The notes beneath the pieces are model-generated. The model saw only the letters and a list, made by a program, of their open reading frames with translations. It ran no database searches and was not told where the DNA came from. A program made the position numbers and the translations under genes. 64,000 nt of DNA, taken from Phoronis australis (lineage: Eukaryota; Animalia; Phoronida). The stretch is from the NCBI GenBank assembly GCA_002633005.1, contig NMRA01000626.1, positions 172,547-236,546 of the forward strand, in the 5' to 3' direction. Below are positions 11,801-23,800 of the stretch, piece after piece; within the stretch, counting starts at the first letter, position 1; each line of letters begins with the position of its first letter.

Positions 11801-14800
11801 ACGGTTGGGTCACAGCTGTTCAGATGGACAAGAATTGCAAAATTAATTTAGTTTGACCTTCTGTTGGTAAAACATTTCAGCTTCAGTGGCAGTGCTAGGG
11901 TCAATACTGTTAGGGTCAATTACTGCTAGGGTCAATACTGCCAGTAATAATCTGTATTTGGTTACAACATACCTATCCATTAGTTGATGTTACTGATTGT
12001 GGCTTTAAGAACTATTCAAAGAAAAGTCCCCAATTCAGAATCCAAGTTTGAAGGGAATGTTACCTAAAAAGGACTTTCATCTCGTACAAGCTTAAGTAAT
12101 TTCAAATTGATTAGTCTGCCCTTATTGTTAAATGCACTGGAATAATATTGAAGAGATATCATTATGAATATTAATAACTGGTTTTAGAAAAAAGTAAAAC
12201 CATACCAGACAAGGCCTTTTGAGAAAAGGACAGTCCAAGTCATTTTGAAACATTAACTGTAAATAAGGTCAGGCAGGTCTGTCTAGTTGGCTTACACTAA
12301 CAAAACAATAAATTACCTCAAATGTCAGCGAAAAAGTCAAGATCATTACTTAGTTTCTATACAGTCACATGTTCTGGGCAAAAGGGACTTGATAGGAAAG
12401 TAAGGCTGTTGCATGAGCCACCATATGGCCTAGAGTAATAGTTTTTGCTTATAATAAATGTTCATTGATGCAAAATACAGACAAGATTTATACTAAACTG
12501 TTTAGTGGGGAGTATGAAACATGATACTGGCAAATACTTTCATCAGGCCCTTTCATATTACCGTTGACATGTCGATGTTTTGAGGAGCTGAACGGTTAAT
12601 TCTGGTCCTGGATCGAAGTTAACAGTGCCAGTTAACTTTGCAATAAACAGGTGGATTTAACAGCAGAGCGTACAAACTGCGGTGCAGTGAAAACGGTCAA
12701 CTTTGGTCCCATCAAAGTTATTGCCAGGGGTCACTGTTATTGTCAACAGTTAAAGGGCAGTGTCGACACTAATAGTTGCTCATATTTTGCTCGAATAATC
12801 ACCAATTGAATTAGAAATGGGTTTTGTGTCAATTAGCACTCTCACATCAATGTTCCCAAATGATCACATTAAAAAATATTAGCGTGCATGCGATGCATCA
12901 GTGCTACCTTGCGATTACTTCAATGACAACAGCGACGGCTACCGTTTACTTCGATGTCCATTAACTATCGAAGCCGTGGTATGAACGGTTCAGTTAAGTT
13001 CACAGTTTACGTTGAAGCTCCACTCAGACCGGAGTTAAGACAGTATGAAAGGGCCTATAATGTAGGCAACACAATGCTCAGACCCACATTATACTACTGT
13101 GCAGTTGGGCACTACTTCATTAATAAAACAATCTAGTTATATGAAGCAACAAAGGGCCAGATAATGTCTGGTGGTAGACAAATAATGATCAGGTCATTAA
13201 TAAACACTCTACTTGCAAATAAGGCCAGCATAAAATGTAAATCAACTCAACAAGTCTGCCTCACTTGTCAATGTACTGCATGACTGATAGGAGTTCCATA
13301 AAGTCTCAGGGAGATTGTGAGCACAGCTGAGTCAAACAGGTGGGTACAGAATGCATATTTCCTGTAAAAAATTCCAATTTGGGACAGCAAAATTTAGTAG
13401 TTGTTGTCACACAATTAAGGTTACCGGTACTTAGAAAAATGTCCACATTTGGCTACCTTCAGAACATCATATCTCAGAAATGGCTGATGATAATTTGATG
13501 ACACTCAGATATTACGTTCTTGCACTGTTCCCCAAATCAGAGTTCAAATAATTTGCTTTTAAAATGTTTAACTTTTGCACTAGGAATATCGTAAATAGCA
13601 CTTGATTTTCATGAAAAAGTTGCATCAAGTGAAAACAAAATGATAACTTAGTATTAATTTAAACAACATTTTTGGATTTCACTTAAGTTTGAACATTTAA
13701 ATGGAACTTAGCCATTTTATTGATATTGTTGTTTCCCTAACAAAACTCGTTTTCCTTTTTGCTAAACTTTAACAAAAAAGACATCATGCAGACATAATTG
13801 CGTGACCCAATTAATATCAGACTAGTATTGAAACTGTACAGTCATACTTTCTTACAAAGTATATTTTTGCTGAGTTAAAATCTAATTGCTTTGTTATAGA
13901 TATTTGTCTCAATACACAGGCTTGTTGATAAGGTCCTACCTATCTTTAAATTCTATAACAGTAATGTAATGCTGTAACTTGGCAAAGTTATGTGACCGTT
14001 GAGCCTTTTAAACAAGACTGCACCACAATCCAGGATGACATTTACTGAAAGAGATGGAACACTTCTTTAGCATACCACAGTTCTACGCCTGAATCTGATC
14101 TTGTGCTCCGCAATGCAGTTTAATGGCCTGGAATACATGCACGCATGCACACACGCACGCACACACACACACGCACGCACATATGCACCCGTATGAGTAC
14201 TGGCTTTTTTGCTCATTTTCTTCACGTCACTCAATCTTAAAAAATGTAATTCTAGCACAATATTATCTCCCTACCCTATACATGTGCTTCATAGCCTTGC
14301 ACAGAAATCTCATTAGGTTATTAAATGAACTATCAGTTCACTTAATTGCTGCTTTTACACCTTGTCGAAGACACAAAAGTTTCCTTTGACAACTAAGCAA
14401 AATAGTAATGCTGTCTATAAGATCAATTGCAAAGAACTGCAATGAATTTTACGTTGGTATGGCAACAAGAATTCTTAATATCAGAATAACCAAACTTTCC
14501 AAAGATGCCAACAGTTCCTTATTCAATCACTTCATAGAATCAAACCATTGCATTACACTTAATGAGATGTAAACATTCTGGACCATGATGTGAATAGAAC
14601 TAACCAGTTTTAATCCATGAAGCCTTACACAGCAGTGAGTTACATGCTGGGAACAACTTGAATAGGAACATTAGGGGCTTTCAACCTTCAGTTGTGGTAG
14701 TTCATTTCTATCACTGGATGTCTCTCTACTAGTCAGTAGTAATTTGCACGTTGTCTCATATGGTGGTTCTTCACTTACTTTGCACATAAACATTTGTCAA

Positions 14801-17800
14801 AATGGACTTTTTTTCCACTTTTCACAGACTAACATTAACCTTTGCACAAATAACGGGAACTTCGACATAAGCTGTTTTATGACACCCACACAATGCACGC
14901 CAGAGTAACATGTTCGGAATCTTTAATTTTGTAGACAAAATTAATGACAGAATTTCACTTGTCAGCAATATTGTGCGCTAAATACTCTCGAGTTCCGAAT
15001 AGTCGTATCTATACGATTATTTTTTTCAGACTCGTTTTCCAGTCTATATGGCGCTTATTCGGGTCTCTACGTTTATTAATTTTCTAACCTTTTGCCACTA
15101 TACACGATTATTTAATTCAGCAAGCTCAAATTTTTGTTTCATTCAATACAAATCTGGTGCACAAAAACTTCGCTGCGGACACCGGGTATCGTACCTTGGT
15201 CATAAAACAAGTTAATTTGCTCTAAACCTCTAGACCACCAGACACTCTGGTCAGAGCTCGTAATTTAGAAGAGCTACATACCACTCCGCGTTATACACGG
15301 AAGTCACATGTCATACATATTAAAAATTTTATTCCCTAAAATATACAACTGTGTGTTTCGAAGCGTAAAATAATCGGACTCCCAAGCAAGGGTTTACGCA
15401 GCGACCGTCTGTTGGACCATAGATGAGTATCTATGGTTGGACGGCCAGAATTTTATTTTGGACGGGTTCGACGGGATCTGTATCGGCAAAAAAAAATTAA
15501 AAAAGCTTGAAATGATGACCACTTTCTCAATATTACCGGATGGTCGGCAGTCGCTCAAAGAAATAGGGGATCAGTAATTACAGAAATGAGAAATTTAATA
15601 CACAAAAAGTGCATTTTTCAATATTCCGCGCGCCTCGTGACACAGATCGGTGTTACAGGCAGCTCAACATACTTACGTTTTAATAAAAATGCTTTCGACG
15701 AGTTTCTTTGGCTGATCCAATATTTGTGATTGCACCCTGTGAAAAACAGGCAAGCCGTTACACCCGGCCTCTTCACTGTGTCTATCCCCAAAGTTTGCGT
15801 TTCCGGGGGGAGTAATTCCGGGATTTTGCACAGCCAGTGTCATCTGCAGTTTCCGTATTGGCATGCGCATTCTACATACTTAATCATGTCGTCTGCCGCA
15901 AAAAGGCCTAAAGAATTCGAGGATTATTTTACAAAACGAGAGATGTTCCAGAAACTGACATTGATTTAGGTGCTAGTAGACGACAAATAATCAGATACGT
16001 AACGTGGTGATAACGCGGCCAGTCAACCAAGCGCAAATACCCGTGCAATTAATGAACGGTGCCGAACCTTTCAATCAACAAAGTACCAACAAGTTGCCGA
16101 CGTCATCGGACATCGGCATTTTTACAATTCACTCCAAACTTCAGAATAGATTGTTTTTGTGAACAGGAAGAATGGACTTGTGACAATCTTGAAAATGACA
16201 TAGTTGCTAACGTTTGACAATCCAGTCGATATCTATTGAAATTGATTTCTACTTGCTCTCCCGTCCAAATAAATGGAAAAACGCATGGGAATCGGTTTGT
16301 TTATTATACCTAATTAGATATTCAAGATGGTTGACATAGTCGTGGTCGTGGACTCGAATGTTGGGCAATTCTGCGAGAAATCTCAATTTCTGGCCATGTA
16401 AAATTTTGGATGTAGCCTACAGACTTTTTGACGTCGAATTCTGACTAACATTACGAGGGTATTGACTGTGCAAGACATGAGATTGAGAGAAAACAAAGGC
16501 TCGAATGTCAGGAACATTTATGATAAAAATGGGACTCGTTTTACCAAGACACTTTATTGTCTTTATTCAGACTGTCGGCATCGTGGGTTCTGAAATCTTT
16601 ACCTCCTTGTTAGTTTTTGGACTTAGTCAACATTGTCATCTCTAGTATGAATGTCACATTCTTTTTGAGTAAAATGATACCGCTTACTGTTTGAAACACG
16701 TCTATTTAGACTTACATTTAAAGTTATTGAATAAACGAATGGTCTTTGTTTTAGCAATGACGCTTTTATTCCACTTCACTGTACTATGTTATGGCATGGG
16801 TGGATAAACCACTGCAGCAATTAAACTATGCTAATGTTCAGTTTAAAATTTTTCCTTTGAAAAAATTACTTAAAGCGGTGGTAAGTCAGACAGAATTTGC
16901 TTCTTTGCACTATTTTTCCTATCTATATCATTAGATTTTGCACTTCCTATTATTTCCATCTGCCGTTACTTGATTTTACGCAAATTTGTAATCAATGTTA
17001 TTCTAGTCAAAACTATTTTTAATTTTCCACAAATTTCCCATCTATATCATTATTCCCTAGAATTTGCTGTTTTGCATTATTATTCCCTTCTATATCATTA
17101 TTAGGTTTTACCTAAATTTGTACTCAATATTATTATTCCAGTCTATACTACGTTTAAATTTCCACAAATTTGCCGTCTATACCATTATTCTATTCAGTCT
17201 ATATAGTTACTATTATTAATTTTTTTCCGACAAATTTCCGGTCTATACTATTATTCTACTTTTCTAGTGGCAAAAATGTTGGGTCTATACTATTATTAGA
17301 GTCTCTACTATTATTAAAAATCGTGAAATTTTCCAGTCTATACTATTATTGCTGTCTCTACTACTATTCGGAACTCCAGAGTAAGTAAAGAATTGCAGCA
17401 CCAGATTCAAAATTGTGACAGGTAGGAGAGTTCATCTCGCAGGTAGGATAGTTCATCTCGCAAGTAGGAGAGTTCGTCTCACAGGAAGGAGAGTTCATCT
17501 CGCAGGTAGGAGAGTTCATCTTGCAGGAAGGAGAGTTCATCTTGCAGGTAGGAGAGTTCATCTTGCAGGAAGGAGAGTTCATCTTGCAGGAAGGAGAGTT
17601 CATCTTGCAGGTAGGAGAGTTCATCTTGCAGGAAAGAGAGTTCATCTCACAGGAAGGAGAGTTCATCTTGCAGGTATGAGAGTTCATCTCACAGGTAGGT
17701 GCAGTACATGACTCAGGAATTGCCAAGCACAAAAATAACATCCACCACGTGAGGAATACAATAAAATCATTCAGGTTTCCGAAGACATGTGACCACCAAG

Positions 17801-20800
17801 TTTTGTTCCAGTTATAACTTGAAAATTTGCCAATCAAATGGTGCAAATATGAAAAATCACCCAAAGCACAACACATATTTGGTAATTCTAAACTCTAGCC
17901 TTGAGTAAAGTCAAGTGAACATGGTCCCAACTGGTGTTCCAACATGAGTGGTATGCAAGCTAACATGAACGTGATGTAAAACAATCTAAATAAATGTTCA
18001 CCCCCCACAATGAGGTGCTACGAACAAAACTTGTAGGCCAACTTTTACTCACGGTTGCAGCTACGCCCAAGAGTACATATTAACCATTTTTCCCCTTTTC
18101 AGTTGAAATCTTCATGTTAGCAAATGACTAGGACGAGATAAGGAATATGAGGACGTGTCGCAAATTCATAACTTCAACAGCAACCAAACTGATACTGGTT
18201 ATCCTAGCAACAGTAACAGCTGTGGAATTCATTGCATTCACTCACTACTTTGTGACCACACTGACCGAAAGTGAGGAAATGCGTCGTCAGATATTAATGG
18301 ACAGATCAGACCATCCTGTTGACACATCAGAGAAAACACCGCGTATAATCCATCAGATCTGGCAACCCCATTACATGGCAGAGATGCCGAAAAACTGGAG
18401 AACAGGCATGGAATCATGGATAAAGCACAATCCTGGATGGGAACACATGATGTGGAATGATGAGAAGATCAATAATCTGATTATAAAACACTACCCATGG
18501 TTCATGGAGTTCTATAAGACCTATAGGACTAGGGTACAAAGATTCGACGCGGCAGGGTATCTGATAATGTACCATTATGGTGGCATTTACGTTGACATGG
18601 ATATCACGTGTCCCAATGATAGAGTTCTACAGGAGCTGATCGACGACAACTACTCCGCAACGCTGTTCAGAAAACGGTTCTACTCAATGGGCACAGACAT
18701 TTTTGTGGGAAAACGAAGGAGCGCGTTTTTCAGATACGTGGTGCTATGGTTGTTCAAGTCCAGGCGTTTTTACCTGTTCCCTCACTGGAATATCATTATG
18801 TCGACAGGCCCGCAGTTCATGTATGGAATGTATGCTCAGTATCCATTTAAATCAGAAATTCTCGTTCACGAGCGAATCTACGCAAACTCTCGTCTCATTG
18901 ACCATGATACAGGATCGTGGCACGAATGGGATGCTCACATTTTCTCAGCTTTCATGCATGTTTTACCTTGGCTAAGTATTGCCAGTTTTTTGGCTATTTT
19001 GTTTAAAATACGCTTCTGTAATCTTGCACCACATGTTGTACATTATTGGACAAGACTAAACAGCTATCGATTGTGGCTACCTCAGTATGACCAGTATGTC
19101 TGACCCATCACAGCTGGCTCAAGAGAAAACTACAGCATCATCATTTAATGCCATTGTTGGAAATGAATCTGAATTGAACAGCTGGCTCAACAGGTAGCGT
19201 AGAGCAATTTACAAAAACTTTGTTCACCATTCCAATAACAAGTAAAGAACAACTCCAGTTTATTGTGCATTGAACGACCCCTTTTGGAGAGGAGGAAAAA
19301 CAGTTTTCACCAGGTCAGTGGCACTCGGAAAATCTGAACATTTATGTCGCGAAATTGCAACTCACCTGACAATATTCCAATTTTTGTCATTAATGGCAAA
19401 ATGATGACCACCATGAAATGTTGCACTATGCATTGTGCTGCAGAGTGGCAGACAGCAAAGCACTGTGGGTAAATAGAGTGGAAATAGAGTGCAGCAGACA
19501 CTGTGCAGAAACAGAATGCAACTCTCCATTCGGACACAGAGCACACACACAGGGTGGATTTCATGGTTTATATATATACATAAAGCGCGTTGGGCAGTTT
19601 ACATGTAAGTTCAGAGCGATTTTGAACACCTTGATAAGTTTAGCTCATGTTTTGTGGTGGAATCATTACCGTGTTTTCCCGTTCAGTGACTTTCCCAGAC
19701 TTAGAGGGTTGTGAGCATGTCCTTGCATCTAGTTCCTTTGTTAACTGCCAAGCACAGTCTTTTGTCTGGTATGACAACAGGCAGGCCAGTTACCTACCAG
19801 GCTTATTACAGACTTCTGGTGAACACAGTCAAATCCAGTGCAAACTGGTATATTCAGAAAGACTATATCATCGTAACTTCAGTTGTAGTTAGGCGATTCT
19901 GACGATTCATAAACTAAACATGATCAGCATTTGATGAGGAATTCAGAAATGTTATCGCTATATGTTCAAACATGTTATAACTTAGTCAGGCTAGATATAA
20001 TCTTATTGGAGATTAGACCAATTATCGACCAAAAGTGAGCTGGCCCTCCAACCATAAATGCCAGAATGGATTTATAATCAGTCATGTAAGACATTGGCTA
20101 CAGGGGTCATCTTCCCAACTTGATGCTGGGCTATAGAATTGAACAAGTTGGGATCAACGTGAAATCCCCGTAATGATGTTTTGTAAGTTTGCATTCTGTA
20201 ACAATGAGCAAACCTTTCAATGATCGCTAAATAGATTAATATTCAAATTTGATATTTGTGACCTCAGCTTGACCTAACTGATGCCGCAAGGATTTAAATG
20301 CACACACACGATAATTCTCCATGCATACCAGTAAATCTAAGGATTGTCAATATGCAGCTCGCTCTCTTCGGCTAATGTCTGAGTCGGTATGTCACCCTGT
20401 TTGCAAGGCATCTTTACTGAATTTATGCAAACATTCCGCAGTTCCGAACACCAACAACTGTGATCCAGGAGCTATTTACTAGGTATGTAACACAATCAGG
20501 TATTTGAATGCTGTTCAAGCCTATACACTTATTTGGAATGTTAAATCTCGGATGGTTATTTTGGAAGTCATGCTAATGTTTAATTTATCAAGGGCACAGT
20601 GTACATTAACCAGTGACACAAGACTGTCATCTTTTTTAAAATATTGACTGAGTAGCCCACTCCAACAAGACTGACATCTTTTCCAAGCATTGAATAGAAC
20701 ACAAAAATTGTATTTGTACAGTCAGCTTGTTTAATGAATCTGTATGTCAGCTTTTGAAATTTGCAGCAAATTAGGGACATGAAACAATTGAAAACAGAAA

Positions 20801-23800
20801 ACTTGGGACTTTGTCAGTTTTTTTAAAACCTTCAACAGCTGCTATGGCAACAACAGTACTTACCACACTCTCATGCAGATTACCCAGAGTTCTGAGTTGC
20901 GAGATGTCTGAGATGATCTCATTGGGCGGGATCAGCTTGTCTGCCTGAGAGAGATTGTTGATGAGAATGTCCGACTCCTTAGAGTTCATTACACGCATGT
21001 CTTGCTCCGACATTGAATCGGGAGCCCCGTCCTCTGTTGTGGGAGTCTGCAGGGGGTCTTGTTGGAGAGCTAACCAATTGGGCAATGACCTAACGAACAA
21101 GATGGCATTTTGAAGTGATTCAAGGAACACAATTTTGGGCAGGAACTGTTGATTACAAAATTACCAATCTGTCATTAAGAGCAACTAAGTGTTTCAAGGA
21201 AACTTGTAACTCTGAAATCAATGTAAACTCTTGTTCCTTTCTCAAATCAGAGATGATTTCTGGGATTGACAATTCATTGTAACTTGAGACCATGATCAGT
21301 GTTGGTTCATCACAGCAGCAAATTTCATGTGTCCAACAAATTCTCAAGAAGTAACAACATTTTGCAAGCCCACTGATCAATTCTCATCTGTATAAGAATC
21401 AAATTCACTGACCAGCTGTCTCTTAAGGCGGGTGTATACACTCACGGTCAAATCTCCACGTTCCTATCTATAATAAGTATAAACGGGGTTTTAACTACTA
21501 GCTAAAAATGACTCTGAAAGTGACAAAAATCAAAAAAAAAGTTTCTATTGTACTTCGTTTTTTTAAATATCGTATTTTTTAATTTTCAAAAAATCAAATT
21601 TTACCTCGAACTTTTTTTTCAAAATGCAGTGATTATCATCAACTGTTTCCTTATGCAATATTCTACTTATCCATACCAAGTATAATATGTACAAAATCAT
21701 TATGATCTTGATTTTGTGGCATTTTTTGCATGCGAGTTGTGGCAAGCACGCCACTTTCTGTCATTTGGTCACTTTTTGTCTAATAACTAAAAATCTGGTC
21801 CATGTATCAAAAAACCCTGGCGCACAATTTTACTTCAATTCCAGAGGATTTCAAATTTGCAAATATTGTAAAATTGACCCAGGTGTTGCGGAAAAATGAG
21901 GCCCGAGAATCTTGTCACTACCCTGAAATCACAAGCCGAGAAAAACAGCTTTGAAGTTAAGAGGGCATAAATTGCCACTTGAGGTCAAAATTCGTTCAGA
22001 ATGCGCGGTCATTATGTTCCAATTTTTGTTGATGTACTAGAAATAAAGCTGATACCCACTTCATGTTTAGAAAATGTGACAAACCTGTTTGTTTACAGTG
22101 TACTAATTTTAATCATATTTGCGAATTTGTGAAGCACAACAGATGACCAAAACAACTATGGCTGTAACGTGGGCGGAGCTTAGCATTGATCTATTGTCTG
22201 CTGTTCTGGTGTGCAGACCACACATCATTAAAACCATGTGTTGATTGTTTGTGCGACTCTTCTGAGCTCTCCACTCAGTGTGGTAAAAGACTCTCTAACT
22301 ATTATAATATTACATAGAATAGACCTATTTGTTAGTATTCCAATATTATAACTGTAGTTACCGTCTATTCATCAACCAAATAATGTGTGTTATATAAAAC
22401 CGCCGCGTTACTGTCTACATAGAAATATTGGCATTGAGGAGAAAGAACTGCTTTCATCGTAATGGTTCATTTTGATGTGCCTGTACCGAATGGACTTTGG
22501 GATAAGAAAGCACTTTCTGCGCAAATAGCATCGCTTGGGTGAGATTCTCAAGTTACCAAAGAAGTTTCTTATCTTGCTTTCCACTAAAATGGTATAATAA
22601 TATCACGAGTTTAATTCAGGGATACATTTGAATCTATGCACTAGAACAATTTTGTTATGCTTAACATTCGGTCATTTCTCTTATTCTTTGGGTTACGGCC
22701 GGCGACAAGTTATAAAATCCACTGAGTTTGGCAGCCTAGTTTCTCCACGGTGCGTTCCTAGCACAGAAGCACAGTTTATCTCCAAAAACTCTACTTAGAC
22801 GGCATGTAGTGGTCCATGTCTCGCGCGTACGGCGTGTCTTCACAGCGCGTGAGTGCACTCTCATCAAATCGTGCAACACCACCCATGTTGACGCTCAGGG
22901 TCCTCTCTTAAGACACATCACCTTTTCAACTTCTGTTGCATACGCTCAATTTCCGCACTGAATTCTCAACCTGAGTGCAGCGATGGCTTCGGTAGGACTT
23001 GGCGTACTCAACTTAATTTTTTTGCAGATGGACAAACAGGCTCAGGCTCGGAACCAGGGTTCACCAATTCACCACCAACTTTCACATGGTCAAACACAGA
23101 ATTATTTTATTCTTGGTTTCGCTACAACATCTAAATCAGCTGGTACATCACTCTGGATTGCCCGGTTACACAATGTTTGTTGACAGGATTAGATTAGAGC
23201 TAGTGTCCTTGTATAAACTCCGCCCCAGTTGTCAGTCACTGAGCTGGTGAGCAGTCAAGTCATATGACTTACTGAAGCTTTAATGGTAAAATATAACTAA
23301 AAACAACTTGGGATTTTCAGAATGACTTAATTTATTTTTCTTCACTATAGTCTGCATCAAGAATTAAGAATAGGATGACATAAAAATGTAAAAAACAAGT
23401 CAAAATTAATTTTTTTTGTGTATCCACCTGCCTTAAAGGTACTACATCAAAATTATTTACAAGGGATTTACTAGACTAAGTTACTTAATAATAACTATAA
23501 AATTAATGCACCTTCTCTCATGAAAATCTTGTGAATGGTAAAAGATTCAAATTTTTGCTCGCACGTGATCTTACAATCATCTGAGTGTTCGCTCATGTAA
23601 TAACTTGAAACTTGATTAAGAACATCGTTTGAACATTTGTTGAGGTTACCTCAGCAGCCTACTGATGTCCTCATCACGCGCCCACGATGCGCTAATGATG
23701 CGACTGTCTTCTACCTCAAACTCTGACTGTACAATACCTGCAAAAAAGTTATCACAGTTAATAAAAATACACACCATCTATCAAACTTTTTGTTAAAACT

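Noticed and set aside
12206-14127. Several AG...GT-bounded minus-strand segments (~12206-12256, ~13265-13361, ~14076-14127) as the missing EXOC4 exon
   Set aside because: In-frame stops, wrong phase, or no similarity to the expected EWLA...-type sequence
17364-17876. 170-aa ORF with CKMNSPS repeats
   Set aside because: Translation of the 21-bp minisatellite; no other coding evidence
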